Assembly: GCF_963921235.1 (NCBI RefSeq)
Contig: NC_086100.1
Span: 42,036,001 to 42,100,000 of the forward strand
Length of the DNA stretch: 64,000 bases
Direction of reading: 5' to 3'
From: Mobula hypostoma
Taxonomy: Eukaryota
The translations under genes and the position numbers were made by a program. Below the pieces are notes generated by a model. The model had not been told where the DNA came from, did not search any database, and saw only the letters and a list, made by a program, of their open reading frames with translations. Positions 51,849 through 63,870 of the stretch are shown here, piece after piece. The number at the start of each line of letters is the position of its first letter. Positions within the stretch are counted from its first letter, which is position 1.

Positions 51849-51935
51849 GTAAGTTGATGCAAAAACTACTCGTAATGAAAATTGATGAATTCTAAAGGCC
51901 ATTGTTGACTTAATTGTGTATATTTCAGTTTACTA

Positions 51936-52509
51936 ATTGCCAAAATTTTAAAATTAATCTTGCATGTAAACATGTATTTAATCTAATGTAGACAATTAAT
52001 TTACATTTGCTTAAATATTTCTGAATTTTGATAGCATTTTGCTCAGAACCTTACTGGTTTTTAAGTATCAAATTCACTGGTCACAAGATTTTTGGGGAGA
52101 GTTAGATTTGTATATGTTTTCTGGATTTTGCTTTTCTGTGGTCAGCTATTCATTGAGCAACGACTAATTTTACTTAAGATTGTTTCCATAAGATTGGATG
52201 CTATCTACATAAGAAAGTTAGGGATGCAAACTCATTCCAATTTGCTATTAATCTGATGTTGATTGACTTTATGTTTTTGTTATTGCTAAGTCATGAAATC
52301 ACTTAACATAGAGTTGGGTCAACTTCACGAGCAGGAAGCTTAAGAAATGTGCTGCTTATATTCTTGAGGTTTTTTCCTGATCATGCCGAAATTGTGTGGG
52401 AAGATTGCCATGAGATGAAAAACAGACAGCGACTTCCTTTTTCCATGTATCATGGACTCCAATTGCTCTATATTGTTTAGGCCTATACTATTATTCACAT
52501 TTTTAAAAC
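51936..52509 (+). repeat. Left copy of the ~575-bp direct duplication flanking the HERO-type element
   Basis: Aligns end to end with 55159-55735; about 18 substitutions and 2 small indels by manual count. Confidence 0.95.
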
Positions 52510-55158
52510 CCGCGGAGGGGTCAGGGACTAGGAACCAATCGGGCTGTGCGTAGACCAGAAAAACTATCAAGTGAGCTGAATGTGAGGGAGCCTACATGGC
52601 AGGAAATCCAGGATATCATCGGGAAAGCTAAAGCATCAGCTGCCCCAGGCCCAAGTGGCATACCTTATAAGGTGTATAAGAAATGCCCAAAACTACTTCG
52701 GAGGTCATGAGAAAGATCTGGGCCAAAGGTACTATTCCATCAAGATGGAAATTGGTAGAGGGATGCTTTATTCCAAAGGAAGAGGTTTCTTCCACAATTG
52801 TCCAGTTTAGGACAATTTCTCTCCTGGATGTGGAATGTAAGATTTTCTTTTCTGTGCTCACAAGAAGGCTGACTTCTTACATGACACAGAACCACTATAT
52901 CAACACATCCATCCAGAAAGGCGGTATTTCAGGCTTTTCGGGGTGTCTGGAACACACCTCAATGATTAGCCATTTGATCCGTGAGGCCAAGCAGAAAAAA
53001 GGCGACCTAACAGTTGTCTGGTTAGACCTCGCGAATGCCTACGGGTCTATTCCACATGACCTCATCCGAGAAGGACTCGACCACTACTACATCCCAGTGG
53101 CTATTCGAGACATGATCACCAGCTACCTAGGAGGATTCAAACTCAGATTTACATCAGCCCATTTCCCAACTAGTTGGCAGGACCTCCAGAAGGGGATTCC
53201 AACAGGGTGCACCATCTTCCCCATCCTATTTATTATGGGAACGAACCTCCTATTATCAGCAGCAGAAGATGTAACCCACGGCCCAATGCTGGAGTCAGGC
53301 ATTGTTCAGCCGGCTCTACGAGGGTTCATGGACGACATCACTATAACAACTGTGTCACATGTCCAAGCAAGATGGGTATTGGAAACCCTGGGTGATGTAG
53401 CCACTTGGGCGAGGATGTCCTTCAAGGCCAAGAAGTCCAGGTGCATGGTGATCAGAAAGGGCAAAGTTACTAGCGAGTTTAGCCTCCAAGTTCAGGGTGA
53501 GGTCATCCCTTCCATGGAAGATAACCCAATGCTTGGGGAAGTGGTTTAATATGTCACTGACAGATGGGGCCAATGTCACCAATGCTGTGAAACAGACAGA
53601 TGAATGGCTGAAGAAGATCGACAAATCAGGACTTCCGGGTAAATTCAACACCTGGCTGTACCAATACGGCCTTCTGCCCAGGCTTCTCTGGCTCTTCACA
53701 CTTTGAGTTCCCCATGACTGCCATAGAGGGCATCGAGAGGAAAACCAGCAAGCACCTTCGGAGATGGTTGGGAGTTCCCCCAAGCTTCTCTTCAGTGGAC
53801 CTCTATATTTGATCTGGGCAACTGCAGCTTGCCCTGTCATCTGTTGTGGAGGAAGTCAAGGTGGCAAAATGCAGAGCCTTATTAAGCTTGAGAGATTCCA
53901 ATGACGTCTTGGTAAAGCAAGCAGGCGTTACAACCAGATCTGTGCACAAGTGGGCAGCCAACGCAGCTGTGGAGCCGGCAGTGTGTTCTCTGAAGCTGCG
54001 CAATATTATCGGCAACCCCTGTGTCGGGCGGCAAGGCCTTGGCTCAGTTCACTTCCAGCAGTGGGGAAACACAAGCATAAGGAACAGGCGAGACATGATA
54101 CAAGCAGAAGTATGGATCTGTGAGGAAGAGAAGCGGATGTCAAAGGCAGTGGAACAAAGGCAGAATGCCTGGACAAAATGGGATCTGCCTAAGCAAGATC
54201 TCATGGACAGAGTTATGGAGACTGGAGCCCTTCCGTATTTCCTTCCTCTTGCAATCCATGTATGACACCCTTCCTTCACCATTACATCTGTACACATGAG
54301 GGATGAGAGAGGACCCAAACTGTAAGCTCTGTGGTCAAAAGGGGACACTGGCTCATATACTGTCCGGGTGTAGAACAGCTCTAACTCAAGGATGGTATAG
54401 GTGGTGCCATGATAAGGTGCTTCTGGCTCTTGCTGACACACTAGAGGGAGAGAGATGCAAGAAGAGGACAGCTGGCACAGATTTGAGGAAGGCCATCACC
54501 TTTATCAAAGAGGGAGCCAGGCCTTTCCTAACCAAACAACCAAAGCCCAATCTGCTGCTAACGGCCTGGTCCTGGGAGATGAGGGTCGATGAGGGAAGGA
54601 GGTTGCAGTTCCCAGATGTGGTGCACACAACCCTATGCCCGGACATTGTACTGTGGTCAACCGAAGACAAAGTAATTCTGGTTGAGCTGACTGTGCCGTG
54701 GGAGGAGGGATGGGAAGAGGCCTACGAGAGAAAGGCCTTGAAGTATCAGCCCTTAGTGCAGGGGTGTAAAGACAAGGGATGGCAGGCATGGTTGTTCCCT
54801 GTGGAGATCGGCTGCAGAGGTTTCCCAGCCAAATCAGCATGGCAGTTGTTGTCAGATCTGGGCCTGGACGAAAGGAGAAAAAAAACAAGCAGCTCGTAGG
54901 ATGGGGGAAGAGGCAGAACGACCTCTTGTTGGATTTGGAGCAGGCGAGAGGAGGGAAGCTGGAAGCCAGGAGCAGATAGGCAGTGATTTGGCCACCACTG
55001 CCGGCCCACCAACTGGAGAGTGTTGTGGTTAAGGGTCGAAACACTCTGTGAAGGTTGGGAACCACCTGATGACATCTGTTCCTGGCTGAAGTCTACAGTT
55101 ACCTTACAAGGTAACTGGAGAATGTACCCTAACAGGTGTATGTAACAAGTACATGTAC
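52510..55158 (+). mobile_element. 5'-truncated HERO-type (R2 group) non-LTR retrotransposon: RT, CCHC knuckle and restriction-like endonuclease
   Basis: APGPSGIPYKVYKKCP, FRTISLLDVECKIF, SIQKGGISGFSGCLEH, WLDLANAYGSIPH, FMDDITI; CKLCGQKGTLAHILSGC, YRWCHDKVL, PDIVLW...LVELTVPWEE...KALKY. Several frameshifts and stops; no poly(A) tail. Confidence 0.9.
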
Positions 55159-55735
55159 ATTGCCAAAAATTTTAATATTAATCTTGCATGTAAACATGTA
55201 TTTAATCTAATGTAGGCAATTAATTTACATTTGCTTAAATATTTCTGAATTTTGATAGCATTTTGCTCGGAACCTTACTGCTTTTTAAGTATCAAATTCA
55301 CTTGTCACAAGATTTTTGGAGAGAGTTAGATTTGTATATGTTTTCTGGATTTTGCTTTTCTGTGGTCAGCTATTCATTGAGCAACGACTAATTTTACTTA
55401 AGATTGTTTCCGTAAGATTGGATGCTATCTACATTAGAAAGTTAGGGATGCAAACTCGTTCCAATTTGCTATTAATCTGATGTTGATTGACTTTATGTTT
55501 TTGTTATTGCTGAGTCATGAAATCACTTAACATAGAGTTGGGTCAATTTCATGAGCAGGAAGCTTACGAAATGTTCTGCTTATATTCTTGAGATTTTTTT
55601 TTCTGATCATGCCGAAATTGTGTGGGAAGATTGCCATGAAATGAAAAACAGACAGCGACTTCCTTTTTCCATGTATCATGGACTCCAATTGCTCAATATT
55701 GTTTAGGCCTATACTATTATTCACATTTTTAAAAC
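55159..55735 (+). repeat. Right copy of the ~575-bp direct duplication
   Basis: Matches 51936-52509; ends 18 nt upstream of exon 5. Confidence 0.95.
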
Positions 55736-55753
55736 TTTCATTTTTCTTTGCAG

Positions 55754-55861
55754 CTAAGTATGTAGCAGACTACACAACTGGTACGATGATGACTTTTGCT
55801 GCTGTATTTGCTGTTATGTTCAATGGATGCACCGGTATTATGGCTGGATCCAATATGTCAG
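55754..55861 (+). CDS. SLC12A9: SLC12A9-family exon 5 ([36 protein letters not shown])
   Basis: 108 nt, ttctttgcag acceptor, G|gtaagg donor; [14 protein letters not shown] signature. Confidence 0.95.
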
Positions 55862-56259
55862 GTAAGGCTCAAACCTATACTTGAAGTATAAATTATTTCC
55901 ATAAATTAATAGTACATTGTTTGCAATCAAATTATTATATGCAATCTCTGTTATAAAAGAGCAGCTTGATACAGAGCATTATTAACTATTAAATCTGAAC
56001 TGTAAAGCAAACTATTTGCCTACATTAGGGTATCAGCAAGATTTATTGCCTGATAAACATGTTTATGACTGTGCTTTATCAGCGTCTGTTGACTGGAATT
56101 AAAAATATAATGAACAAAGTGGCACTTCCTTTGCTGAATTGTTAAACTATATTGGTTGTAAGTGTAATTTTATCTCTGCATCAAGCAACATTCAATGAAG
56201 TTTGGGTTGTAAAATAAGTTAACTAAAATCATGAATCCTTGTCTTGCTATCATTACCAG

Positions 56260-56371
56260 GTGACTTAAAGAATCCCAGCTATTCTATTCCCAGAGGCACA
56301 ATAACAGCTGTAATTTTTACATACATTGTGTACAATATTTTATCTCTCATGGTCAGCTGCACATGTGATAG
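56260..56371 (+). CDS. SLC12A9: SLC12A9-family exon 6 (GDLKNPSYSIPRGTITAVIFTYIVYNILSLMVSCTCDR)
   Basis: 112 nt, ccag acceptor, AG|gtgagt donor; GDLK.P..SIP.GT CCC motif. Absent from the ORF track. Confidence 0.94.
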
Positions 56372-57674
56372 GTGAGTCTATATTTCTTATGACTGATTTT
56401 TTTTCTCATGCCCGATAACTCCAAGTGGTCAGCCCTTTGTAATACGATTACAAAGGGAACTTGATAATCATATATTCATTCAGTTTTGCTTGTAGAATTG
56501 CCATAACAATTTTGAAAGTACTGAGAAGAAACTTATTGATTCAAGAAAACAATGATGTATCATATTACTCAAGGCTTTATGAGTTACCTTCGTCATTTTA
56601 ACTATATGCTCATTCCATGTTTGAGTTGGAATTACTCTCAGGAATTTCAGCAACAATCCAACATTACATTTAAAAATAAAATTTTGCTGAACATAAAGAG
56701 TTGGATGCTTGTCAACAATGGTTGAGTTTTAAATGTTTTGTGGCTAGAGTACTCAATAACATTGATATTCTATTGATACTGTCAATGGTTTAATATATAT
56801 TGTTACCAAAGGCACTGTCTTGTTAGTGTTAACTGATAATGCTATTGCATTCAGAAACTGCTGTGCATTAGATATTTATTGATGATTTAAAATGAAAACT
56901 CTTCGCAGCACAGTTCAAAGATGGATTTTGTACTCGGACGACAAAGCAATGCAGTTTTATAACTAGTAGGTTTTCATTTGAAGTTCAACTTTTGAGATAA
57001 ACATTGAAAGTATTCCTTATTATTGGGTCCTTACTGCAACAATAATTTATCTTTTTAAATAAGCATTTCTTATGTAAAGTGCATTCAAAAGCATTTTTCA
57101 GATAGAAAGTAAATCTTCTAGAGGAACTCAGCAGACCAAACAGCATCTGTCGAGGGGAGCGGTGGGAGGTTGTCTGCATCAGGATTGCCCTGAATGGTAA
57201 CATTTCCTTTTCCCCTCACTAGTGCTGTTTGAACTGCTGTGTTCCTTCATCAGTTTTATCTTTTCTCCCAGGTTCCATGGTCTTCAGCCTTTTGTTTTTA
57301 GAAAGAAAACTTCCTTAGTTTCATATCTGGGAAAGATTGAGTTTGAATTTAAAGGAGAGAAAAATCTGTTAAACAAGAGAAATAAAAATAAGAATTTATT
57401 TTCTGTATTGAAAGCTATCTAACTGAGTTCCATTGGGTTAAATTTTATTATAAACAAATCATATTACCTGGACAAATATTTGGTGCACAATTTGCTGGTC
57501 TTTGACAGCAATTCTGAGCATAATTTCCAAACTTGTGCCCAAGAAATGGAATTAAGATGGGAGGAGCTGTGTTTTTTTGACATTGCCAACGTATTGCTTA
57601 GGGAGGATATACTTGGTGGTGGTGAGCGAGAGTCATCTACTGAGGGAACCTCTATATAAGAGGATGAACGAGGG

Positions 57675-58025
57675 ATTCTGCAGATGATGGAAATCCAGAA
57701 CAGCACTCGCACAATGCTAGAGGGGCTCAGCCAGTCATGCAGTATCTATGGAGAGGAATAAACAGTTGACATGTAGTCAGACAAGACCTTCCATAAGGAC
57801 TGGAAAGGAAGGAGGAAAATGCCAGATTAAGGAGGGGAAAGGGGAAGATGAATAAGTTGGCAGGTGACAGTGAAACCAGGTGGAGGGGAATGAAGTGAGA
57901 AGCTCGGAGGGGTGGAAGAGGTAAAGGGCTGAAGGAGGAAACTGATGGGAGAGGATAGTGGACCATGGGAGAAAAGGAAGGAGGGAGGTGATGGGCAGGT
58001 GAGGAGAAAAGAAGGGGTAAGAGAT
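57675..58025 (-). mobile_element. Decayed Penelope pLTR/3' fragment
   Basis: ttctgcagatgatggaaatccagaacagc...cagttgac...aggactgg followed by a purine-rich tract, like 11830-12200. Confidence 0.6.
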
Positions 58026-58379
58026 GATCACTTTGCTGGGGCTATTACAGACCAACCACTAGTCCATAGGACTAAAGAGCAAGTACCTGTATGTAGATAG
58101 CTGTAAGAACATTAGGTTGTAATGGTAAATGACTTCAATTTCCTCCAATGACTAGCACTGTTATTGCAGAAAGCATTTGGGTGGGACAGAAATTGTTCAA
58201 GAAAGTTTTCTCAAACAATTACTTGGGGAGGGGCAACATTAGATTTTCTAGGGCAGTGAGGCAGGTCAAGTTATTTCACATGCATATTGGGAAGCGCTTT
58301 GGGGCCAGTGGCCATAACTCGATTCACTTTGAAATGAATTGTTAAAAAACGTAGGGCTCTAGATAGGGGAAAGGTAAAT

Positions 58380-58880
58380 TTTAAAGGCTTTAGACGGGGT
58401 CCTGCAAAGGATGACTGGAAGATACAGTTGGCAAGTAATCGGATGTCTGGCAAATTTGGCTTTGAAAAGTGTGGTGTAGAGAGTTGGGAGTAAGTATATT
58501 CCTGTTAGGCAGAGCAAAGGACAAGGCTGACAGGATTAGAAAACTGTTTGAAGAAGGATATTGAGGATCTGGTCAAATTACAGCTGCACAAGACTTTGGT
58601 GAGACCACACTTGGAATATTGTGTGCAGTTCTGGTTGCCTGGGTCTAGGAAGGTGTCATTAAAGGTGCAGGGGAGATACACGGGGACATTACCAGGACTG
58701 GAAGACTTGAGTTGCAGGGGGAGGCTGGATAGTTTAGAGCTTTATTTTTATATTGATTCTCCTTGGAGTGTAGGTGGCTGAGGGGTGACATTACAGAGCT
58801 TTATGGAATCAGGAGGGTCATAGATAGGGTTAGTCATTTTCTAGGATGGAGGACATAGACTTCAGGTGAAAGGAGACAAC
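58380..58880 (+). mobile_element. CR1 LINE fragments
   Basis: KTLVRPHLEYCVQFWLP in ORF 58548-58781. Confidence 0.8.
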
Positions 58881-59123
58881 TAGCCAGACAGTTTTAGAAG
58901 TACTGATTTCTACTACGTTATTGAAAAGTTTATTCAGATGTGAGCTTCAGTGAATGTTAGATCTTTCGGTAGAACCAGTGCTTTGGCCAATTTTGACTGA
59001 TACTGGCCCAGACCGACTTTGCAGAGCCTGGGAGTAGCTTAACAGCATCTCTTTTCCATCTAACTCAGCAATATTCTAGAACAGTTGAGGTCAATTTGGC
59101 TAAGATTGACAATTCATTTTGAG

Positions 59124-61700
59124 CATAAGATGTAGGAGAAGAAATAGGCCCATTGAGTCTGCTCCACCATTTCAACATGGCTGATCTAATTTTCCTCTCA
59201 GCCCCATTCTTCCACCTTCTCCCTGTATCTCTTCATGCCCTGACCAATCAAAAATCTATCAACCTCTGCTTTAACTATGCATAAAGACTTGGCCTCCGCA
59301 GCTGCCTATGGCAAAGAATTCCACAGATTCATCACCCTCTGCCTTGAGAAATTCCTCCTCATCTCCATTTGAAAAGGATGCCACTCTATTCTGAGGCTTC
59401 TGGTCTTGGACTTTCCCACTGTAGGAAACATTCTCTCCACATCTACTCTGCCTTTCACCATTCGATAGGTTTCAATGAGACCACCCTTCATTCTTCTGAA
59501 TACAGGCCCAGAGACATCAAACACTTTTCATATGACAAACAATTTAATCCTGGAATCTTTTTCGCGAGCCTCCTTGGAACCCTCTTCAGTTTCAGCACAT
59601 CCTTTCTAAGTTAAGGGGCCCAAATCTGCTCACAATACTCCAAGTGAGGCTTCACCAGTGCTTTATAAAGTTTCAACATTACATCCATGCTTTTATATTC
59701 TGGTCCTCTTGAAATGAATGCTAACATTTGCCTTTTTTACTACAGGCTCAGCCTGCAAATTAATCTTTAGGGAATCCTGCACAAGGGTTTTTTGTATTTT
59801 CTCTCCATTTAGAAAATAGTCAACCCTTTCTTCTACCAAAGTGCAAGACCATACAACCACTTCTTTGCCCACTATCCTAATCTAAGTCCTTCTGTAGCCT
59901 CTGTACTTCCTCAAAACTACCTGCCCCTCCACCTATCCTCATATTGTCTACAAACTGCAACAAAGCCATCAATTCCATCATCCGTATCATTGACATAGAG
60001 CATAGAAAGAATCGGTCCCAGCACAGACCCCTGTGGAACACCACTAGTCACTGGCAGCCAACCAGAAAAGGCTACCTTTATTCCCTTTTTTTTTTGCTTC
60101 CTGCCAATCAGTCATTGCTTTATCCATGCGGGAATCTTTCCTGTAATTCCAACCGCTGTAAAACAAGAAGAAGAGGAATCTTTCCTGTAATACCATGGGC
60201 TTGTACCTTGTTAAGAAGACTCGTATGTAGCACCTTGTCAAAGGCCTTCTGAAATTCCAAGTACACAACATCAACTGATTCTCCTTTGTCTATCCTGCTT
60301 ATTACTTCAAAGAATTCCAAAAGAGGAAACCATGCTGACTATGGCCTATTTTGTCATGTTCGTCTAGGTACCCTGAGACCCCATCCTTAATGATAGACTC
60401 CAACCTCTTCCCAACTACTAAGGTCAGACTAGCTGGTCTATAGTTTCCTTTTTTCTGCCTCTCTCCTTTCTTGAAGAGTGGAGTGACATTTGCAATTTTC
60501 CAGTCTTCCGGATCCATTCCAGAATCTAGTGATTCTTGAAAGATCATTAATAATGCCTCCTCAATCTCTTCAACCACCTCTTTCTGAATCCTGGAGTGTA
60601 TGCTAGCGAGTCTAGGTGACTTATCTACTTTCAGACCTTTCAGGTTCCCAAGAACCTCCTCTCTAGTTATGGTGACTTCACACTCTTCATGACCCCTGAC
60701 ACCTGGAACTTCCACTATATTGCTAGTGTCTTCCACAGTGATGACTGATGCAGAATACTTATTCAGTTCATCTGCCATTTTGTTGTCCCCCATTACTACC
60801 TCTCCAGCATAGTTTTCCAGTAGTCGGATATCTACTCTCGTCTCTCTTTTACACCTTATGTATCTGAAGAAACTTTTGGTATCATCTTTAATATTATTGA
60901 CTAGTTTTCTTTCATACTCCATCTTTATCATAATGACTTTTTAAATTGCCTTCTATTGGTATTTAGAAGTTTCCCAATTCTCTAACTTCCCACTAATTTG
61001 TGCTCTATTTATTTCCTCTCTCTGACTTGACTTGTTAGCCATTGCTTTGTCATCTTTCCCTTGGGATACTTTCTCTTTGGGATGTGTATGTCCTGTGCCT
61101 TCCTAATTGCTTCCAGAAATTCCTGCCATTGCTGCTCTGCCATCATCCAAGCCAGCTGGCCAACTCCCCTCTCATGCCTCTGTAATTCCCTTTACTCCTC
61201 TGTAATACTGATACATCAACATTAGCTTCTGCTTCTCAAATTTCGGGTTGAATTTGATCATATTCTAGTCGCTTTCCCCGATGGTGCTTTTACCTTAAGG
61301 TCTCTGATCAATTCTGGTTCACTGCACAACACCCAATCTGAAATAGCTGATCCTCCAGTGGGCTCAACCTTGAGCTGCTCTAAAAAGCCATCTTGTAGGT
61401 ACTCTAGAAATTCCCCCTCCTGGAATCCAGCACCAACCTGATTTTCTCAATCCACCTGCATATTGAAGTCCCCCATGACTATTGTAACATTGCCCTTTTG
61501 GCATGCAATTTCTATCTGTTGTAATTTGTAGACCACATCCTTACTATTGTTTGGAGGTCTGTATGTAACTCCCATCGAAGTCTTTTTATCCTTGCAGTTC
61601 CTTGGCTCTATCCACAACACCTTCAACACCTTCTGACCCAATGTCACCTCTTTCTAATGGTTTGATTTCAATTTTTACCAACAGCAACACCACGCCCCTG
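59124..61700 (-). mobile_element. CR1 LINE ORF2 (endonuclease and RT), decayed with internal deletions
   Basis: YRPPN, IVMGDFN, WKIANVTPLFKKG..NYRPASLT, VYLEFQKAFDKV; 3' end cataagatgtaggag. Confidence 0.9.
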
Positions 61701-62804
61701 CCTCAACTGGAGTTAATGCTGCAGCAAACTGTGCCAAAACAATTTAGATAGTGAATAAGCTACCTAATTTATGCTTCCCCGCCCCCCCCCCCAGTTCCTT
61801 AGCCCTGATTGCAGCATCCTGCCCCTATTTTTTTCCCATTATTGTTAAAGACTGTTGGTTCATTACGCCAACATTTAACCTATGAAGTGTGCTGGAAAAA
61901 AATCATTGTGAATGTAATTTGTTCTTGGAAGTTAGAACCAGAATTTTCTGATCAATTTGACTTAATGCTGCTGCAAAGTGTGCTGAAACAATTGGAGCCA
62001 AATCATGTGTGTCCACAAATAGGCAGACACTTTCACACGATTGCATCAATCCTAATGGGCAAAGTAATAGAGGTAACATTCAATCATTTTGCATTTTGTG
62101 GCTTTATATGTTCTTCTATTAATGAAACTGAATTGAAATGCATTCCTTCTGTTGAATTGATTTAAAATGTGTGACAAAGCCATGTAATTTTAGCCAAGCT
62201 TGTGCCATTAGCAAGAAATGTTATTCTGACCACACATTATTCATTTTCACACAATGCAGTCAGATCGTTATGCTCCCTTAAAAGAAAGCATTTAACCTCC
62301 TGTGCTTTTATACACCACCTTTCAGTGCAATTACATTTTGCTGTAGCAATGCAGCATTCTTGAAATGATGAATGCATTTTCAGTTTATATCTACTCTCTC
62401 TTATGTAGGTCACCTTCAATTGTTCTGGGATTAAATTGTTAATTAGTTATTGCTCTGTTTACTGAATATGGTTACAAATCAGAAATGGTGGAAGAAAGCA
62501 GCTAATAAATCAGCATCTGTGGAAAGAGAAATTGGTAAAAGTTTTAAGTGTTGGTTGTTTTCACTTTCCACGGGTGCTGTTTCACAGGCTGAGTTCTTTC
62601 TTATGTTTTTGTTCCAAATTCCAGCACCTGCATTTTAAATTTGTTACCCATTTCTGAACTAACTGCTAGGTTTGAAAGAAGAATGAATATTATGCTGATT
62701 TAAACAACATCCTTAAAATGTGAGACATGCATCTAATTTTAAATGGGCAATACTTGAGTGGCTTGTAGATTAATTGCTTTAAATTACACCAAGGTGATTC
62801 TGAT

Positions 62805-63154
62805 TGTCATAGTCATACTTTATTGATCCCGGGGGAAATTGGTTTTCGTTACAGTTGCGCCATAAATAATAAATAGTATTATGTAAATTATGCCAGTAAA
62901 TTATGAAATAAGTCCAGGACCAGCCTATTGATTCAGGGTGTCTGACCCTCCAAGGGAGGAGTTGTAAAGTTTGATGGCCACAGGCAGGAATGACTTCCTA
63001 TGACGCTCAGTGTTGCATCTCGGTGGAATGAGTCTCTGGCTGAATGTACTCCTGTGCCCACGCAGTACATTATGTAGTGGATGGGAGACATTGACCAAGA
63101 TGGCATGCAACTTAGACAGCATCCTCTTTTCAGACACCACCGTCAGAGAGTCCA
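62805..63154 (-). mobile_element. Rex1-type LINE 3' end (third copy)
   Basis: ORF 62925-63155 HPLH...RLIPPRCNTERHRKSFLPVAIKLYN; gtcatagtcata tail. Confidence 0.88.
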
Positions 63155-63870
63155 AATTTGAACCAACTTTTTGCTATCTTTGGAGGTTTATAGGTGGTTA
63201 AATAAGTTTTGATTTCAAGTACTGACTGACCTAATGTGCAGATTTTTCCATTGCTTCTCTTGAGCATATAATGACAGGGATGTATCTTATTCCTTTCTGT
63301 GCAAATGTTGCTAAAACTTTGAAGAAACTAAATGCAATATGCTTCAATTCTCCAGTGATAACTAAAGGTAAATTTTGTGCAAAATGCAGTGTGGCAATCT
63401 GATTTTTCACACTGCATTTTTCTTGCAATGCTGAGTAAATTGCTAAATTAGTCATGAATTTATGGATGGTTTTGCATCTGAGATGGAAGTAAAGGCAAAC
63501 AAAATGCAGGCTGACATCTCCATCCTCATTAATGACAAATAGAAGGAGCTGGTGGATTTTTTCATTAAGGTAGAGTTCTTTCATTCAGATACTTCCTTTC
63601 TCCCCTTTGCCTATCTTAATTTCCTGAGCCAACTCTGTTTCTCTAATTTTTTTCCTGGCTTGTCAGATTCATCTTATTCAAAAGCATTCTTCTGTTCTCT
63701 TGATCCCACTCAGAAATTCTTATTGGCTTCCTTGTTGCCCAACATTAGAATTGGTACCCTCGCATCAGCTGCTGTTCCATGGTTCCTGAAAAGAAATTTG
63801 CTCAAGCTGCAGTACATCCAAGTTTACTATCACTACATCGCCAAGATTATTGAAAGCATTGTCATAAATT

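Noticed and set aside
55035-55075. A bona fide hammerhead ribozyme in the HERO 3' UTR
   Set aside because: The A15.1-U16.1 pair and NUH triplet are missing and stem II is not canonical; kept only as a low-confidence structured-RNA finding.
51936-55735. The ~575-bp repeats as LTRs, or as an assembly artefact
   Set aside because: The enclosed ORF is a non-LTR RT plus RLE with no integrase or RNase H. The repeats lack TG..CA ends and an outer TSD, and look like AT-rich intron continuous with the acceptor. About 3-4% divergence argues against simple read duplication, though long reads are needed to exclude it.
44134-56371. Calling the transporter SLC12A8 or an NKCC/KCC
   Set aside because: KLSTF.GVVVPT.LSMFS, PLL.YRL and [10 protein letters not shown] match SLC12A9; SLC12A8 has FGTWDGVFTSCMINIFG at the equivalent position.
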